A stretch of DNA of 64,000 bases from an uncultured Nitrososphaerota archaeon (GCA_963838925.1 CAWISW010000001.1:160001-224000); one strand, 5' to 3'. Counted from the first letter of the stretch, positions 27,697 through 38,298 are shown. Made by a program: numbers and translations. The notes: generated by a model from the sequence alone, not told the origin.

Positions 27697-29385
27697 CTAC
27701 GCCGGGTCTGCCCTGACCTTCTGGCTCTCGTAGATCTCCTTCACCCTTTCGAGGTTGTCGATGTCGGACGCCTGCTTGTCGTCCCGTATCCGCTTGATGC
27801 GCGGGAACCTCAGGGCGTAGCCGCTGTCGTGCCTCTCGCTCTTCTGGATGCTGTCGAAGGCGACCTCCAGAACTATCTCGGGCCTCACCGCCATCCTGTA
27901 CCCCACCTCGCCCACCGCGAGCCTCTTGATGCGGACCATCATCTCGTCGATCTCCTTGTCCGTGAGCCCCGAGTAGGCCTTGCCGATCACCTTCAGCTTA
28001 TCGCCGTCCCTGACCGCGAAGGTGTAGTCGCTGATCTTCCCAGCCCTCTTACCGTGCCCGAACTCTGCGGCGACCATCACCAGGTCGAGGGTGTCGAGCT
28101 CCTCCTTGAGCTTGGCCCAGTACCTCCCCCGCCTCCCAGGCGTGTAAGGGCTCTCCGGGTCCTTCAGGACGAGCCCCTCGTAGCCGAGCGACCTGCTCTC
28201 CCTAAAGAACGCCCCTATCTCCGACGCCGTCCTCACCGTCTTGGAGTCAGCCCTTCTGATCTCGGTCCCCTCGAGCAGCCCCCACAGGATGGCGCGCCTC
28301 GCGCGGAATGCCTCCCTGTGGACCGGGCTCCCGTCGAGGTAGAGTATGTCGAAGCAGAAGTAGCGTATAGGCGCGATCCTCTTCGACTCCTCGACGTCGG
28401 CCCGCCTGAGCCTCCGCTGGATGAGCTGGAAGGAGAGCGGGCCCTCGCCCTCCCTGAACGCGACTATCTCCCCGTCTAGGACGACGTCGTGCGGGATCTT
28501 CTCCGCGGCCGCCACGACCTCGGGGAAGCTCGCGGTCATCTCCTCCAGCCTGCGGGAGAATATCTTGACCTGCCCGCCGAGCTTGTGCACCTGCGCGCGG
28601 ACGCCGTCGTACTTGTACTCCGCGAAGAGCTCCCTGCCCTCGAAGTAGTCCGAGATCTCTTCGGCCGAGGACATCGGCTCGGCGAGCATAAAGTTAGTGG
28701 GGCGCATCGGCTCGATCCTCACCTCAGCCAGCCTGCCGCCCTTGGCCTCGCGGGCCAGGAGCCCGACGTCCCCCAGCATGAGGTAGGCCTCCTTGACCCT
28801 CTCCCTCCCGATGTCCTTCCCGAAGGCCTCCGCAACGGCCTCTTCGACGAGGCCCTCGACGAGCCCTATCCTCATCTCCTTGCTCAGGATCTTGACGATG
28901 TACTTCGCCTCCAGCTCGCTCTCGCCCCTGTGAAGGAGGGACTTCACGAGCTCCTTCTTGAGCCCGGCCGACCCCTTGCCCTGGGCTTCCGTGATCTTCT
29001 CGAAGATCGAGGCGACGTCGAGGATGGCGAGCGCGTCCTCCGCCCCTTCGAAGAGCGTCGCCTCCCTCCTCCGGCCGATGAACTCCGCGACCGACTCGCT
29101 GAGGTCGCCGTGCTTTAGGTAGCTCTTGCTCAGCTCCTCCTGTGTCACGCCGGTGAGGTCGCGAAGCACCCCGATCAGCGCGGAGTACCCCACCTGCGTC
29201 TCGTCGACGCTCCCCTTTCGCGTCGACCTACCAACGGCGAAGCGCGCCGCGTACTCCACCTCGTCCTCCCCCTTCAAGCGCCCGAGCAACCCCGCCAGGA
29301 TGGCGACCTTCTCGTTCTTGCCCTTGGCGAGCCGCACCTTCTCCAGCGTCTTCGCGAGCTCGCGGAACGGGGTGCCCAAATTCAA
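27697..29385 (-). CDS. lig: ATP-dependent DNA ligase
   Basis: Motifs EYKYDGVR, EGLVLK and LRFPRIKRIRDDK. Confidence 0.97.
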   Translation of the reverse strand: MNLGTPFRELAKTLEKVRLAKGKNEKVAILAGLLGRLKGEDEVEYAARFAVGRSTRKGSVDETQVGYSALIGVLRDLTGVTQEELSKSYLKHGDLSESVAEFIGRRREATLFEGAEDALAILDVASIFEKITEAQGKGSAGLKKELVKSLLHRGESELEAKYIVKILSKEMRIGLVEGLVEEAVAEAFGKDIGRERVKEAYLMLGDVGLLAREAKGGRLAEVRIEPMRPTNFMLAEPMSSAEEISDYFEGRELFAEYKYDGVRAQVHKLGGQVKIFSRRLEEMTASFPEVVAAAEKIPHDVVLDGEIVAFREGEGPLSFQLIQRRLRRADVEESKRIAPIRYFCFDILYLDGSPVHREAFRARRAILWGLLEGTEIRRADSKTVRTASEIGAFFRESRSLGYEGLVLKDPESPYTPGRRGRYWAKLKEELDTLDLVMVAAEFGHGKRAGKISDYTFAVRDGDKLKVIGKAYSGLTDKEIDEMMVRIKRLAVGEVGYRMAVRPEIVLEVAFDSIQKSERHDSGYALRFPRIKRIRDDKQASDIDNLERVKEIYESQKVRADPA

Positions 29386-29442
29386 AGGTCGCGAAGACCC
29401 GGAACATATGGGCGCTTATATGGAAATGCTAATTCTAGCCCT

Positions 29443-30690
29443 GTGACCCGGGTCCTAAAAGGAATCAAACAGGCATTCCGACCCACCGTTCAAACTCTCC
29501 GGCTCATGGAGGACTTTCGGCAGATGGTCAATGACTGCATACGAATCGGGTTAGAATTTGAAAGAACATCAGCGGACCATCAGACTCCCTCGATGAAAAA
29601 ACTCTCGTCTCTTTCGTACAGGCAAATTCGGAGCCGGTATGGCGGATACTCCAGTTACGCCTCATGCGCCTCCTCAATGGCAGCCGGAATCCTGGCCTCT
29701 CGAAAGAAGTCAATCAGGAGAGGATTCCCAACCTCAAGTCCCTATGTCAAGAGGCCTCTGCTCGTTTCGTGTTTCGGCTTCAAGGTGGAGGGTCAAGCTC
29801 TCACCTTTCATATTGGTTCCGACAAATTTGAATCGATACCTTTGAACCCGTATACGATTTCAGCGGTATCCGACCCATCAATAAAGATCCGTTCCTTCAC
29901 CTTGACACTCGAGTCTCTTTGCCTTACGATTGCCAAGGAGAGCAGCGAAGTCCCCCCCGTAGATTTCACCGATTTCGTCGGAATCGATCGAAACCTTCGC
30001 AACGTGACGGTCGGGAATCATAGGAGGGCGATTCGATACGAGATGGGAACTGTCGTCGAGATCATGGAAAACACACGAGCGATAATTCGCTCCTTCAGAC
30101 GAAACGATGCGAGGATAGGACGACAAATTCGCTCCAAGTTCGGCAGGCGGAGGACCAACCGGGTGAAGCAGTTCTTGCACCTCATCTCAAGAAGGATTGT
30201 CGAATCAGCCAGCGCGCGAAGAGAGGCGATCGTCTTCGAGGATTTGAGAGGAATCAGAGGACTCTACTCGAAGAGGAACCCTCGAGGGAGACGATACAGG
30301 GCCGAAATGAATTCGTGGCCCTACGGCGAACTGAAGAGGCAGATAGAGTACAAGGCTGCGTGGGCGGGTATTCCGACCTTTACTCTTTCGAGAATGGAGA
30401 CGAGAGGCACGACAGTGGATTGTCCGCGATGCGGGGAGAGACTCCAAGCGGCAAGACGCGGTGATTGCAATCACTATCGGCAGTTGTGGTGTCGTGTCTG
30501 TGGGCGGTGGAGAGACCGTGATCTGGTTGCGGTCATGAATATCTCCCAGAGGGGGCGGTTGAGGTTCGACCGCTCAAAGGAGCAAGGCGAGGCAAGTGAA
30601 GCAATGAAGCGGAATGCGGAACTCGAAGGAGAGCCGCTAATCCTCCGAGTCGATGCCTCGAAACTGCGTCTCCCCCGGGAGACTATGTAG
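29443..30690 (+). mobile_element. tnpB: TnpB (IS200/IS605-family RNA-guided nuclease), intact, no tnpA
   Basis: RuvC motifs GIDRN / VFEDL / DRDLVA; Zn ribbon CPRC...CRVC; lower GC. Confidence 0.9.
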
Positions 30691-31189
30691 AACCGAGCTG
30701 CTGCGCCATGAGGTAGGCCGACTCCCCGTCCTTGTAGTATCCCTGCATCGTGCCGGTGACCTGGAAGTTGAGCTTCCTGTAGAGCTTCACGGCGTCGTCG
30801 TTGGTGACCCTCACCTCCAGGAAGACCTCCTTGCACCCTCCTTTCCTCATCTCGTCCATCGCCCGCTGGATGAGGGTGGTGCCCACGCCCTTCCCCCTGT
30901 GAGCCTCCATGGTGGCTATGGAGATTATGTGCCCCTTCCTCGCGAGCCCGAACCGCTTCATCACCGAGAGGCCGTACTCTATCCTGCACATGATGTAGCT
31001 CACGACCTCGCCCCCTAGCTCGGCGACGATGAACGTGTTCGGGAACTCGTTGAGAATCTCGTAGTAGAAGTAGTCCGAGTAGTGCTCCGGGAGGGTCGCC
31101 CCGTTGACGCTGATGACGCTCGGCACGTCCGACGCCTCGGCGTATCGAATGGTATAGTCCCCCGACCTGCCGAGGATAGACTTCTGCAT
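30683..31189 (-). CDS. N-terminal acetyltransferase (Ard1/RimI family)
   Basis: LPEHYS, GHIISIA, RGKGVG, LEVRVTN and YYKDGE. Confidence 0.93.
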   Translation of the reverse strand: MQKSILGRSGDYTIRYAEASDVPSVISVNGATLPEHYSDYFYYEILNEFPNTFIVAELGGEVVSYIMCRIEYGLSVMKRFGLARKGHIISIATMEAHRGKGVGTTLIQRAMDEMRKGGCKEVFLEVRVTNDDAVKLYRKLNFQVTGTMQGYYKDGESAYLMAQQLGST

Positions 31190-31288
31190 CCGCGTCTTCG
31201 AGCGGGGTCGGCCCGCTAAATAAACGTGGCCGATTTGCCGTTCACTAACGTTTAATGCCGTTGGTTTCCCGAGACTTCTGGAGCACCA

Positions 31289-32440
31289 TTGTCGGCGATC
31301 AACACCGATGTCGACTCCGCGGTGAGGTCGCTCTTCTCGGTGAAAGACTACTTCGTGGCCGAGGAGGGGGCCGCGGAGTACAAGGTGGTCTTCGACCAGG
31401 CGTCGGGCGCGAACTTCCTGAAGCTCCTCGAGACGCTGAAGAAGCCCGACTACTCGGCGCAGCTCTACGGCGACGCGGAGAACGCCACATTGGTGGTCAC
31501 CAAGAACCCCCCGCCTCCGCCCCCGGTGCTCAAGCTCAGGCTCAGCGCGCCGGCCTTTCTCTTCCTCCTGACGATTCTCTCCGTCCTGGTCACGGCCTAC
31601 GTCGTCGCTGTCATCTTCCCGAAGGTCGCGCCCGGGGGGTCCTCCGTCGAGATGGGCGTCGGCTTCGTGGGGGCGCTCGTGGCGGTCTTCGGCGTCCGCT
31701 ATGCCGCACAGAGATACGCGGCGAGGCGAGGGAGCTTCACCTTCCTCTCCTACTACCTGCCGAACATCCCGATCTTCATCGCCCTCCCGACCATGTACTT
31801 CCTTCCCACCTTCGGGTCGGTCAGCTTTCCGGGGACCCCTCCCGCTAACAGGAACAAGCTCTTCGACTTTTACCTCATCGGCGCGCTGGCCATGGTCGTT
31901 GTCGCGCTCGCCGTCTCCTTCCTTGGCGCCGGCACTTCGGTCATCCTGACGCAGGCCCAGTACGCCTCGATCTCCGCTGGCAACCAGACCGCCACGATAC
32001 AGACCAACCCGAGCCTCATCCAGGCGGGGGTGCTGTCGCTGTCACAGAGCCTGGGGCTGCTGGGGCAGGTGCCGACGGGCGGGACGCTCATCTTCTCACC
32101 CGTCGAGATAGCCGCATGGCTGGGACTGCTCCTTGCTTTCTTCAACCTGATGCCGGCCGCGCTCTTCGACGGCGGGAGGATGGCGCGCCTCGCGCTGGGG
32201 GACAGATGGAGCAGGGCGACCACCATCGTCGTGGGGCTGTTCCTCCTGGCGACCGACATGCCAGACTACTGGGTCGTCTTCCTCCTGGTCTTCCTGATGG
32301 CGGCCTTCCCCGTACAGGGGGAGACCCTCGACTCGATCTCCGGCCTGTCAAAGTCAAGGAGGGCAGTCTTCGTCGTCGCTATCGTGGTCGGGCTCCTGTG
32401 CGTCCCCGTCCCGCAGAGCTTCGTTACCTTCCCGCTCTAG
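31289..32440 (+). CDS. Site-2 protease (M50) homolog lacking HExxH
   Basis: PTFG and NLMPAALFDGG present; the HExxH position reads RYAAQ. Confidence 0.8.
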   Translation: MSAINTDVDSAVRSLFSVKDYFVAEEGAAEYKVVFDQASGANFLKLLETLKKPDYSAQLYGDAENATLVVTKNPPPPPPVLKLRLSAPAFLFLLTILSVLVTAYVVAVIFPKVAPGGSSVEMGVGFVGALVAVFGVRYAAQRYAARRGSFTFLSYYLPNIPIFIALPTMYFLPTFGSVSFPGTPPANRNKLFDFYLIGALAMVVVALAVSFLGAGTSVILTQAQYASISAGNQTATIQTNPSLIQAGVLSLSQSLGLLGQVPTGGTLIFSPVEIAAWLGLLLAFFNLMPAALFDGGRMARLALGDRWSRATTIVVGLFLLATDMPDYWVVFLLVFLMAAFPVQGETLDSISGLSKSRRAVFVVAIVVGLLCVPVPQSFVTFPL

Positions 32441-33540
32441 GGGAGGACCGTCTCGCTCGCGCGGGTGACTATGTTGAGCTTCGCCCCCCTGCCAACCGAG
32501 GAGAACACCTTCGCCAGGGCCTCCCCGGAGCCGCGCGCGGTCCTGAACCTCAGCTTCCCGCCGGCGTAGAGCTCTGGGAGGGAGGACAGCAGGGTGACGG
32601 AGTACCTCTCCTTGAGCTCGGTGACGTACGAGATCTCTTCGAGCCCCTCTACATAGGTGCCCTTCCTCAGGAAGCTCTCCGTCATCCGCCCGGTGAGGTA
32701 CATCTGGAGCGCCTCCGAGCCGACGCCGTCCCTGCACTCCGCGACGAGGACGATCTCCCCGCCCTTCCTCACCCCCTTGAGGGCGCCAAGGGCGAGCCTG
32801 ATGGCGTGAGACAGTGTGTCGTCATATCCCCTTCCGCCCGCCCCGACCACCAGGCCCTTCGCCTGGGGGACCTCTGCGGTGAGGTAGTGCGCCCGTGCCT
32901 GCTTGACCGAGTCGCCCTCTACGATCGAGTAGGGCTCCCCTCCGCGCGTGATGATCGTGGCGTAGTCGACGTTCTGGATGGCGTCAGCCTCCTGCCTGAC
33001 CGCGGTGTAGCTCGGCGCACCCTCGCGGAGAGGCTGTGGGACGTCGCCGTCCCGCTTCCTGTACGCGAGCCTCCTGGCGCCCGCGATGCAGCCCAATGCG
33101 AGGGCTATCGGCGCGTCGACGAACCCGAACAACGGGTCGGGCTCCCCGGTCGAGATCGCGAACTTCCTTCCGGGCCCGGCGATGTCCTGGGAGATCTTCC
33201 CTCCCTTCTCCTCGGACCCGGACGCCGGCTCTCCAGGCGGGCGAAGCCTCTCGACGGCGTCCTTGAGCTCAGGAATCGCGGCCTCGACCTTCCTTGGGTT
33301 GGACGACACGAACTTCAGGCCGTCCTTCGGGACCTTGGCGAGCAAGGCCTTCACGGCCTTGAGCGTGGCCGGCTTTGTGTCGCAGATGAACACGTGCTCC
33401 ACGCCCTTCACCCTCTCAGCGAGCGGGACGACTATCTCGTCGACGTGGGACTCGGGCTTTGGGTCGATGGTCTCCCCGAGGTTCTCCTGCATGAGGGTGA
33501 CGAGCGACTCGACGTCGCCATAGGGGACCCAGATTTCCAT
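32437..33540 (-). CDS. Lactate-racemase (LarA)-fold-like protein, divergent
   Basis: N-terminal WVPYG; GGRGYD.TL; LVAECRDGVGS. Confidence 0.65.
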   Translation of the reverse strand: MEIWVPYGDVESLVTLMQENLGETIDPKPESHVDEIVVPLAERVKGVEHVFICDTKPATLKAVKALLAKVPKDGLKFVSSNPRKVEAAIPELKDAVERLRPPGEPASGSEEKGGKISQDIAGPGRKFAISTGEPDPLFGFVDAPIALALGCIAGARRLAYRKRDGDVPQPLREGAPSYTAVRQEADAIQNVDYATIITRGGEPYSIVEGDSVKQARAHYLTAEVPQAKGLVVGAGGRGYDDTLSHAIRLALGALKGVRKGGEIVLVAECRDGVGSEALQMYLTGRMTESFLRKGTYVEGLEEISYVTELKERYSVTLLSSLPELYAGGKLRFRTARGSGEALAKVFSSVGRGAKLNIVTRASETVLP

Positions 33541-33643
33541 GACGCGCTTCTATCGCGTGAGCCACGCTCGCCGCGTCTATCAAGCTTTAGTCCCCGGCGA
33601 GGGTTCAGCCACCTTTTAGTATCGCCTCCGGAGACCTCGCTCC

Positions 33644-34270
33644 ATGGTGTGGAAGCGCAGGAAGGAACTCCTCGAAGAGCTGGCGATGGTCCTGGTCAAG
33701 GTCAAGGCCATCCAGTTCGGGACGTTCACCCTCGCCAGCGGCAAGATCAGTTCCTACTACATCGACCTCCGCACCATACCGAGCTACCCCGGCGCCTACA
33801 AGACGCTCACGAACGTCTACGGCGAGTTCCTGAGGCACGAGTTCAAGGAGACGAGCTACGACGCGATAGCGGGAATCCCGACCGCAGGTCTAACTCTCTC
33901 CTCGCCGATCGCGCTCATGCTCGAGAAGCCGATGATCTACGTGAGGAAGGACGAGAAGGACCACGGCAGGGGCAAGCTCGTCGAGGGAGTGACGAGGCCC
34001 GGGTGGAAGGTCCTGGTCATCGACGACGTAATCACGACGGGCGGCTCCATACTCTCTGCCATCGAGGCCATCAGGGCAGAGGGCTGCGACGTGGAGAGCG
34101 CATCTGTGGTCATAGACAGGCTCGAAGGCGGCACGTCCGCGTTGAAGAAGCAGGGCGTGAAGCTCCATGCCATGACCGACATACTGGAGCTGGTGAAGAT
34201 ACTCAGGGCGAAGGCCCTCTTGTCTTCCGAGGAGGCCAACGCGGTCTCCTCGCAGGTCAACAGGCGCTGA
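33644..34270 (+). CDS. pyrE: Orotate phosphoribosyltransferase
   Basis: FTLASG..S.YYIDLR, RK..KDHG and IDDVITTGGS. Confidence 0.96.
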   Translation: MVWKRRKELLEELAMVLVKVKAIQFGTFTLASGKISSYYIDLRTIPSYPGAYKTLTNVYGEFLRHEFKETSYDAIAGIPTAGLTLSSPIALMLEKPMIYVRKDEKDHGRGKLVEGVTRPGWKVLVIDDVITTGGSILSAIEAIRAEGCDVESASVVIDRLEGGTSALKKQGVKLHAMTDILELVKILRAKALLSSEEANAVSSQVNRR

Positions 34271-34370
34271 GGCACTAGTGGGCCGTAGGGTCCTTCTCCT
34301 CTAGAAGGAGATGAGGCGCGCAAGTTATATTCGCTGGGTGAGATGGGTTGAAAGCGGGGAGCCATAGCCT

Positions 34371-34703
34371 TTGTCAGAATCGCACGGTGGAACCGGAAGC
34401 AAGCCTCAGGAAGTGCCGCATGGGCAAGGAGGACTAAGGTCCTCTCCCCGACGCCTGCTGCTTATCGCGGTCGTAATGGTTGGATTCGCGCTGCTGACGT
34501 GGGGTCCCGCTCTGTTCTCGAGGGGAGCGACGACTTTGGCCAGCACCTCGCTTAACTTCCCGGAGATATTCATCCCGGTGTGGCTCACGCTCACCATCGC
34601 CACAGTAATCGTTAGCATGTGGTTCGCGAAGCGCCTCATTGAGGCGGAGAAGTATCGGGACCACGAGACGGCGCCTCAGGGAGCGCCGGCCCACTCCCAC
34701 TAG
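34371..34703 (+). CDS. Hypothetical two-TM membrane protein
   Basis: Two hydrophobic helices; 3' end overlaps the convergent signal peptidase. Confidence 0.55.
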   Translation: MSESHGGTGSKPQEVPHGQGGLRSSPRRLLLIAVVMVGFALLTWGPALFSRGATTLASTSLNFPEIFIPVWLTLTIATVIVSMWFAKRLIEAEKYRDHETAPQGAPAHSH

Positions 34704-35268
34704 GGGATTCTGCAGCTCTAGCAGCCTCCGCGTTCCTTTGCTGGGCCGTGTCCTTCGAAGGCCGAAGCTCGGCTAAGAACACGAACAGCAGGATCAGCCC
34801 CACCAGGGCGTAGTTCCACGGATAGGGGACGAGCATTGAGATCAGCCCGAGGTAGGGGACCGCCAGGACCACGACCCCCTTCACGCACTCCGGCGGGACG
34901 GGGGGCCACTCGTAGGGCTCGTCCGGGTGGGGGTTGGTCGCCCTGTCGTCTCCCTGCGTTATCAGTCCGGAGCTGGTCACGTTGACGACCCGGTGCACTA
35001 TCGTCAAGCCCCCGGGATTGGGGCAGGTGCCGTATTGAGTGGGCTGCTGGTAGATTATCACCTGGCCGACGTGGATGCTGCTGAAGGGCACCGTCTGGGT
35101 CACCACGAGGTCGCCTATCTCGAGCGTCGGGACCATGCTCTTGCTCACGACCACGTAGACGGGGGACGAGCCCAGCGCGCTCCCGACCGCCAACTGCGCC
35201 CCGATGACGATGATGACGACGATGAGGACGTAGCTGAGCCCCCTGCTCACGCTCTTGGAGAGTTGCAC
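34636..35268 (-). CDS. Signal peptidase I (archaeal/SEC11 type)
   Basis: Motifs SKSMVPT..GD, IVHRV and TQGD. Confidence 0.93.
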   Translation of the reverse strand: MQLSKSVSRGLSYVLIVVIIVIGAQLAVGSALGSSPVYVVVSKSMVPTLEIGDLVVTQTVPFSSIHVGQVIIYQQPTQYGTCPNPGGLTIVHRVVNVTSSGLITQGDDRATNPHPDEPYEWPPVPPECVKGVVVLAVPYLGLISMLVPYPWNYALVGLILLFVFLAELRPSKDTAQQRNAEAARAAESPSGSGPALPEAPSRGPDTSPPQ

Positions 35269-35359
35269 GGTCTTTCTTGGGGCGTCCTCCTGAGATTGTT
35301 AAGGATTCCCGATTTCTAGCCGCAAGTCTTTAGAAGGGTAGGGGGCTGCTCGCGCTTCC

Positions 35360-35665
35360 ATGAGGCTCCTGGCCCTCGTCGAAGTCCTAGTGGTGAACGT
35401 GGTCCTCATCGCCCTGCTTATCTGGATAACTGGGGACTACAGCTACAGGGCCGCCTACTGGGGGCCTGAGGGCTTCACCCCGAACATGGTCAGGTACCCT
35501 CTGTTCTACATCACCTCGGCGGTCAGGGGCACCACTCACATCTCGGGCCTCTTCACGGTGGACTGGGAGCAAGTCGTCCTGCTGGTCCTGGTCGTGACCG
35601 ACGGAGTCTACGCGTGGTCTGCGCTCAAGGGAAGCCGGAGGCAGGTGCAACCTCAAGCGCCCTGA
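35360..35665 (+). CDS. Hypothetical membrane protein
   Basis: Two hydrophobic segments; host-like codon usage. Confidence 0.65.
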   Translation: MRLLALVEVLVVNVVLIALLIWITGDYSYRAAYWGPEGFTPNMVRYPLFYITSAVRGTTHISGLFTVDWEQVVLLVLVVTDGVYAWSALKGSRRQVQPQAP

Positions 35666-35746
35666 GGCTCGCTACTCTCGATATCCACACGGGACTTCTT
35701 CGTAACGGTTATATACGCGATAAAGCCAATTTGGCTTGCAACTCGT

Positions 35747-38260
35747 ATGGCAATCAAGAACTACGTAGCCATCTCTATAGCTCTCCTGTTCGTGTTCTCG
35801 GCGGTCCCGACGGTCTACGGCGCGACCAGCGGGATACTCTCCCCCGCCCAGGCCGACTTGCACGGCCCGCGCGTCAACAAGGTGCTCTTCACGGTCATCT
35901 CATCGGACTCGACCCTTTACAACTCCCTTGCGGCGGGCACGGTCCAAGGGGCGGAATGGACGTTCACCACCGGGAGCTTCACCTCCGCACAGGCTAACAC
36001 TAACCTCGGTGCCAACTCCTCGCTCGGATACACCTTCGACGGAGTCGGCTTCAACATGCTGAGGCCAGTGACGAACACCACTGCCTTCCGCAGGGCGATG
36101 GCGTATCTTACCGATTACAGCTTCCTCGAGAGCACGGTGCTCTCCGGAGTGGCGGGAGCCGCACAGCCCGACCTCTTCCCCTGCCTAGCGTACCCGACCG
36201 CCTGCAGCACCTCGATAGCGACCTATCCGCTCTCGATGACCAACGCGGTGAAGCAGCTAAAGCTCGCGGGATTGAAGGAGGGCAACTCGACGGACGTTGC
36301 CTTGAGCGCCATCACATGGCTGTACAACGGGCAGCCCTTCACGCCCAAGTTCATCTACAGGAGCGACGACCCGCTCAGGACCGGAGTCGCAACCTCGCTC
36401 ATCAGCAACGCAAAGGCGATCGGGCTTCAGTTCAACGCGGTAGGGATCGCAGGATCGGCTGCCGGAGGGGACATCTACTCGCCGTCGGCGTCAGCAGCGA
36501 TCAAGACGGGAGTATACAACCCCGCCACGGGCCTAAACTCGCCCCCGGTGTTCAACTACACCGCTGCGTCAACCAGTGACACTTGGGACATGTACACGTT
36601 CGGGTGGATCACGAGCGCAGACTACAACTGGGCGTTCTCCTTCTTCAACACCCAGAACGTAGCGACGTCATTGAACTTCCTCAACTACTACAACCAGACC
36701 ATGGACAAGGACACCAACGCGATGCAGTACGCAACCAGCATCACAGCGGCTCAAGCAGCGGCGCAGAAGGTCGACCAGGACGCCGCGAGCAGCCTCCCGT
36801 ACCTGATGTCCTTCTACCAGAACACGTTGTGGGCTAACTACGTCAACGGATGGACGGGATACGTGAACGTGCCCGCATACGGGCCGGACGCGATAGTCGG
36901 GATATACTACACACTACTGAACGTCCACCCCACAAATGACGCCAACGGTGGGACCTTCAACTACGCAATCCACGAGCCGGCAGACGCGGGAGGAATGAAC
37001 CCGCTCTACAACACGAACTGGCAGTGGCAGGCTGACATCTGGAGCGAAATATATGACACTCCTCTAGCGACGCCACCAGCCCAGACTAACGTGGCGCTCG
37101 CCTACATCAACTGGATGACCACGAGCTACAGCGTCGCGGCCTTCAGCGGAAAGACAGGGACGACCTCAGGCTGGTTCCAGATGCAGGGCAACCAGGGCGT
37201 GGCCAACAACATCGTCTCGGGCGACGTCATCACCTTGAACTTCGACAAGAACATCACTTGGTCAGACAACGTGCCGCTGACCGCCGCCGACTACAACTTC
37301 TCGCTGTACGCGCAGGGCGTCTCAGCACCGCCGACCCTCCCCGACCTGGCGACGCCAGTCTCAGGGACTCTTAGCGGCCCCTCGGGGCTCTGGGCGACCT
37401 ACATCCCACCGAGCAACCCGTACCAGATACAGATCTACGTCAACAGCTCATCGGTCTGGAACATCCCATCCACGATCGTCCCAGTGATGCCTTGGCACAT
37501 CTTCAAGTACTTCAACCCGGACAAGATCGCAACGGCCACTGGCGCGATGGACACGACTATGCCGTACGCAGCTGCCACTGCCAACTCGCAGTGCAGCACC
37601 CCCTGCTCGTTCCTTGGAAAGACCGCAGCCCCGACATGGCTGCAGTACCTGCCCAACCTTGCTGTCGGCTCAGGACCGTTCTGGCTGAGGGCGTTCTCAG
37701 GCACGACCGGAGCGGGAGAGCTCGACAAGAACGTGAACTACTTCAGATCGGCCTGGAAGGCTGAGGCGACGAGCGTGGCCTCGGGAGCTACTTACAACCT
37801 AGCCACGACCATCAACGAGACGATCTACAACGCGGGCACCTCCACGATGGGCAGCGTCCCAGCAGGGCAGACCGGAGCCGTCCCGATCACCAACGCGACG
37901 GGATCGGTGACCGTCATCTCGCCCAGCGGTAGCACGGTGGCGACCATACCCCTCACCGGAGGGACCAACGGGGCGTACACCAGCGCCATCCCGACGACCG
38001 GATGGGCAGCAGGGACATACGAGCTCTGGACGAACGCCACGTTCACGTTCCTTGGCTTGCCCCGCGTATGGACTCAGGCGACCGGGATAACGGTCCCCGC
38101 CTCGAGCACGACCGGTTCGAGCAGCAGCACGAGCTCGACCTCGAGCAGCTCGACGACCACAGCAGCGTCCTCCAGCAACACGACCTACTACATCCTTGCA
38201 GCGGTTGCAGTGATCGTGATCGTCATAATCGCTGCGGCGTTCACGCGACGCAAGCGCTAA
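35747..38260 (+). CDS. Peptide/oligosaccharide ABC substrate-binding protein (family 5)
   Basis: Signal peptide; FRRAMAY; WSDNVPLTAAD; Ser/Thr linker and C-terminal TM. Confidence 0.9.
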   Translation: MAIKNYVAISIALLFVFSAVPTVYGATSGILSPAQADLHGPRVNKVLFTVISSDSTLYNSLAAGTVQGAEWTFTTGSFTSAQANTNLGANSSLGYTFDGVGFNMLRPVTNTTAFRRAMAYLTDYSFLESTVLSGVAGAAQPDLFPCLAYPTACSTSIATYPLSMTNAVKQLKLAGLKEGNSTDVALSAITWLYNGQPFTPKFIYRSDDPLRTGVATSLISNAKAIGLQFNAVGIAGSAAGGDIYSPSASAAIKTGVYNPATGLNSPPVFNYTAASTSDTWDMYTFGWITSADYNWAFSFFNTQNVATSLNFLNYYNQTMDKDTNAMQYATSITAAQAAAQKVDQDAASSLPYLMSFYQNTLWANYVNGWTGYVNVPAYGPDAIVGIYYTLLNVHPTNDANGGTFNYAIHEPADAGGMNPLYNTNWQWQADIWSEIYDTPLATPPAQTNVALAYINWMTTSYSVAAFSGKTGTTSGWFQMQGNQGVANNIVSGDVITLNFDKNITWSDNVPLTAADYNFSLYAQGVSAPPTLPDLATPVSGTLSGPSGLWATYIPPSNPYQIQIYVNSSSVWNIPSTIVPVMPWHIFKYFNPDKIATATGAMDTTMPYAAATANSQCSTPCSFLGKTAAPTWLQYLPNLAVGSGPFWLRAFSGTTGAGELDKNVNYFRSAWKAEATSVASGATYNLATTINETIYNAGTSTMGSVPAGQTGAVPITNATGSVTVISPSGSTVATIPLTGGTNGAYTSAIPTTGWAAGTYELWTNATFTFLGLPRVWTQATGITVPASSTTGSSSSTSSTSSSSTTTAASSSNTTYYILAAVAVIVIVIIAAAFTRRKR

Positions 38261-38298
38261 GCGCCCCTGGCCCTCATTTGAAAAGGGCCGCCGGCGCT
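38261..38298 (+). terminator. Intercistronic stem-loop after the binding-protein gene
   Basis: GCGCC..GGCCCT...AGGGCC..GGCGC followed by a pyrimidine/T-rich tract. Confidence 0.4.

Noticed and set aside
29393-29402. Possible degraded target duplication for tnpB1 (GAAGACCCGG vs GTAGAACCGA at 30687-30696)
   Set aside because: Only 7 of 10 identical; too weak to call
29443-30690. Cas12f/CRISPR system
   Set aside because: No repeat-spacer array or cas genes are visible anywhere in the window; treated as TnpB
32116-34278. 720-aa plus-strand ORF, and other long overlapping ORFs (e.g. 51830-53317, 55572-57122, 2872-4242, 45282-46640)
   Set aside because: Shadow frames of high-GC genes; Arg/Gly/Pro-rich with no motifs
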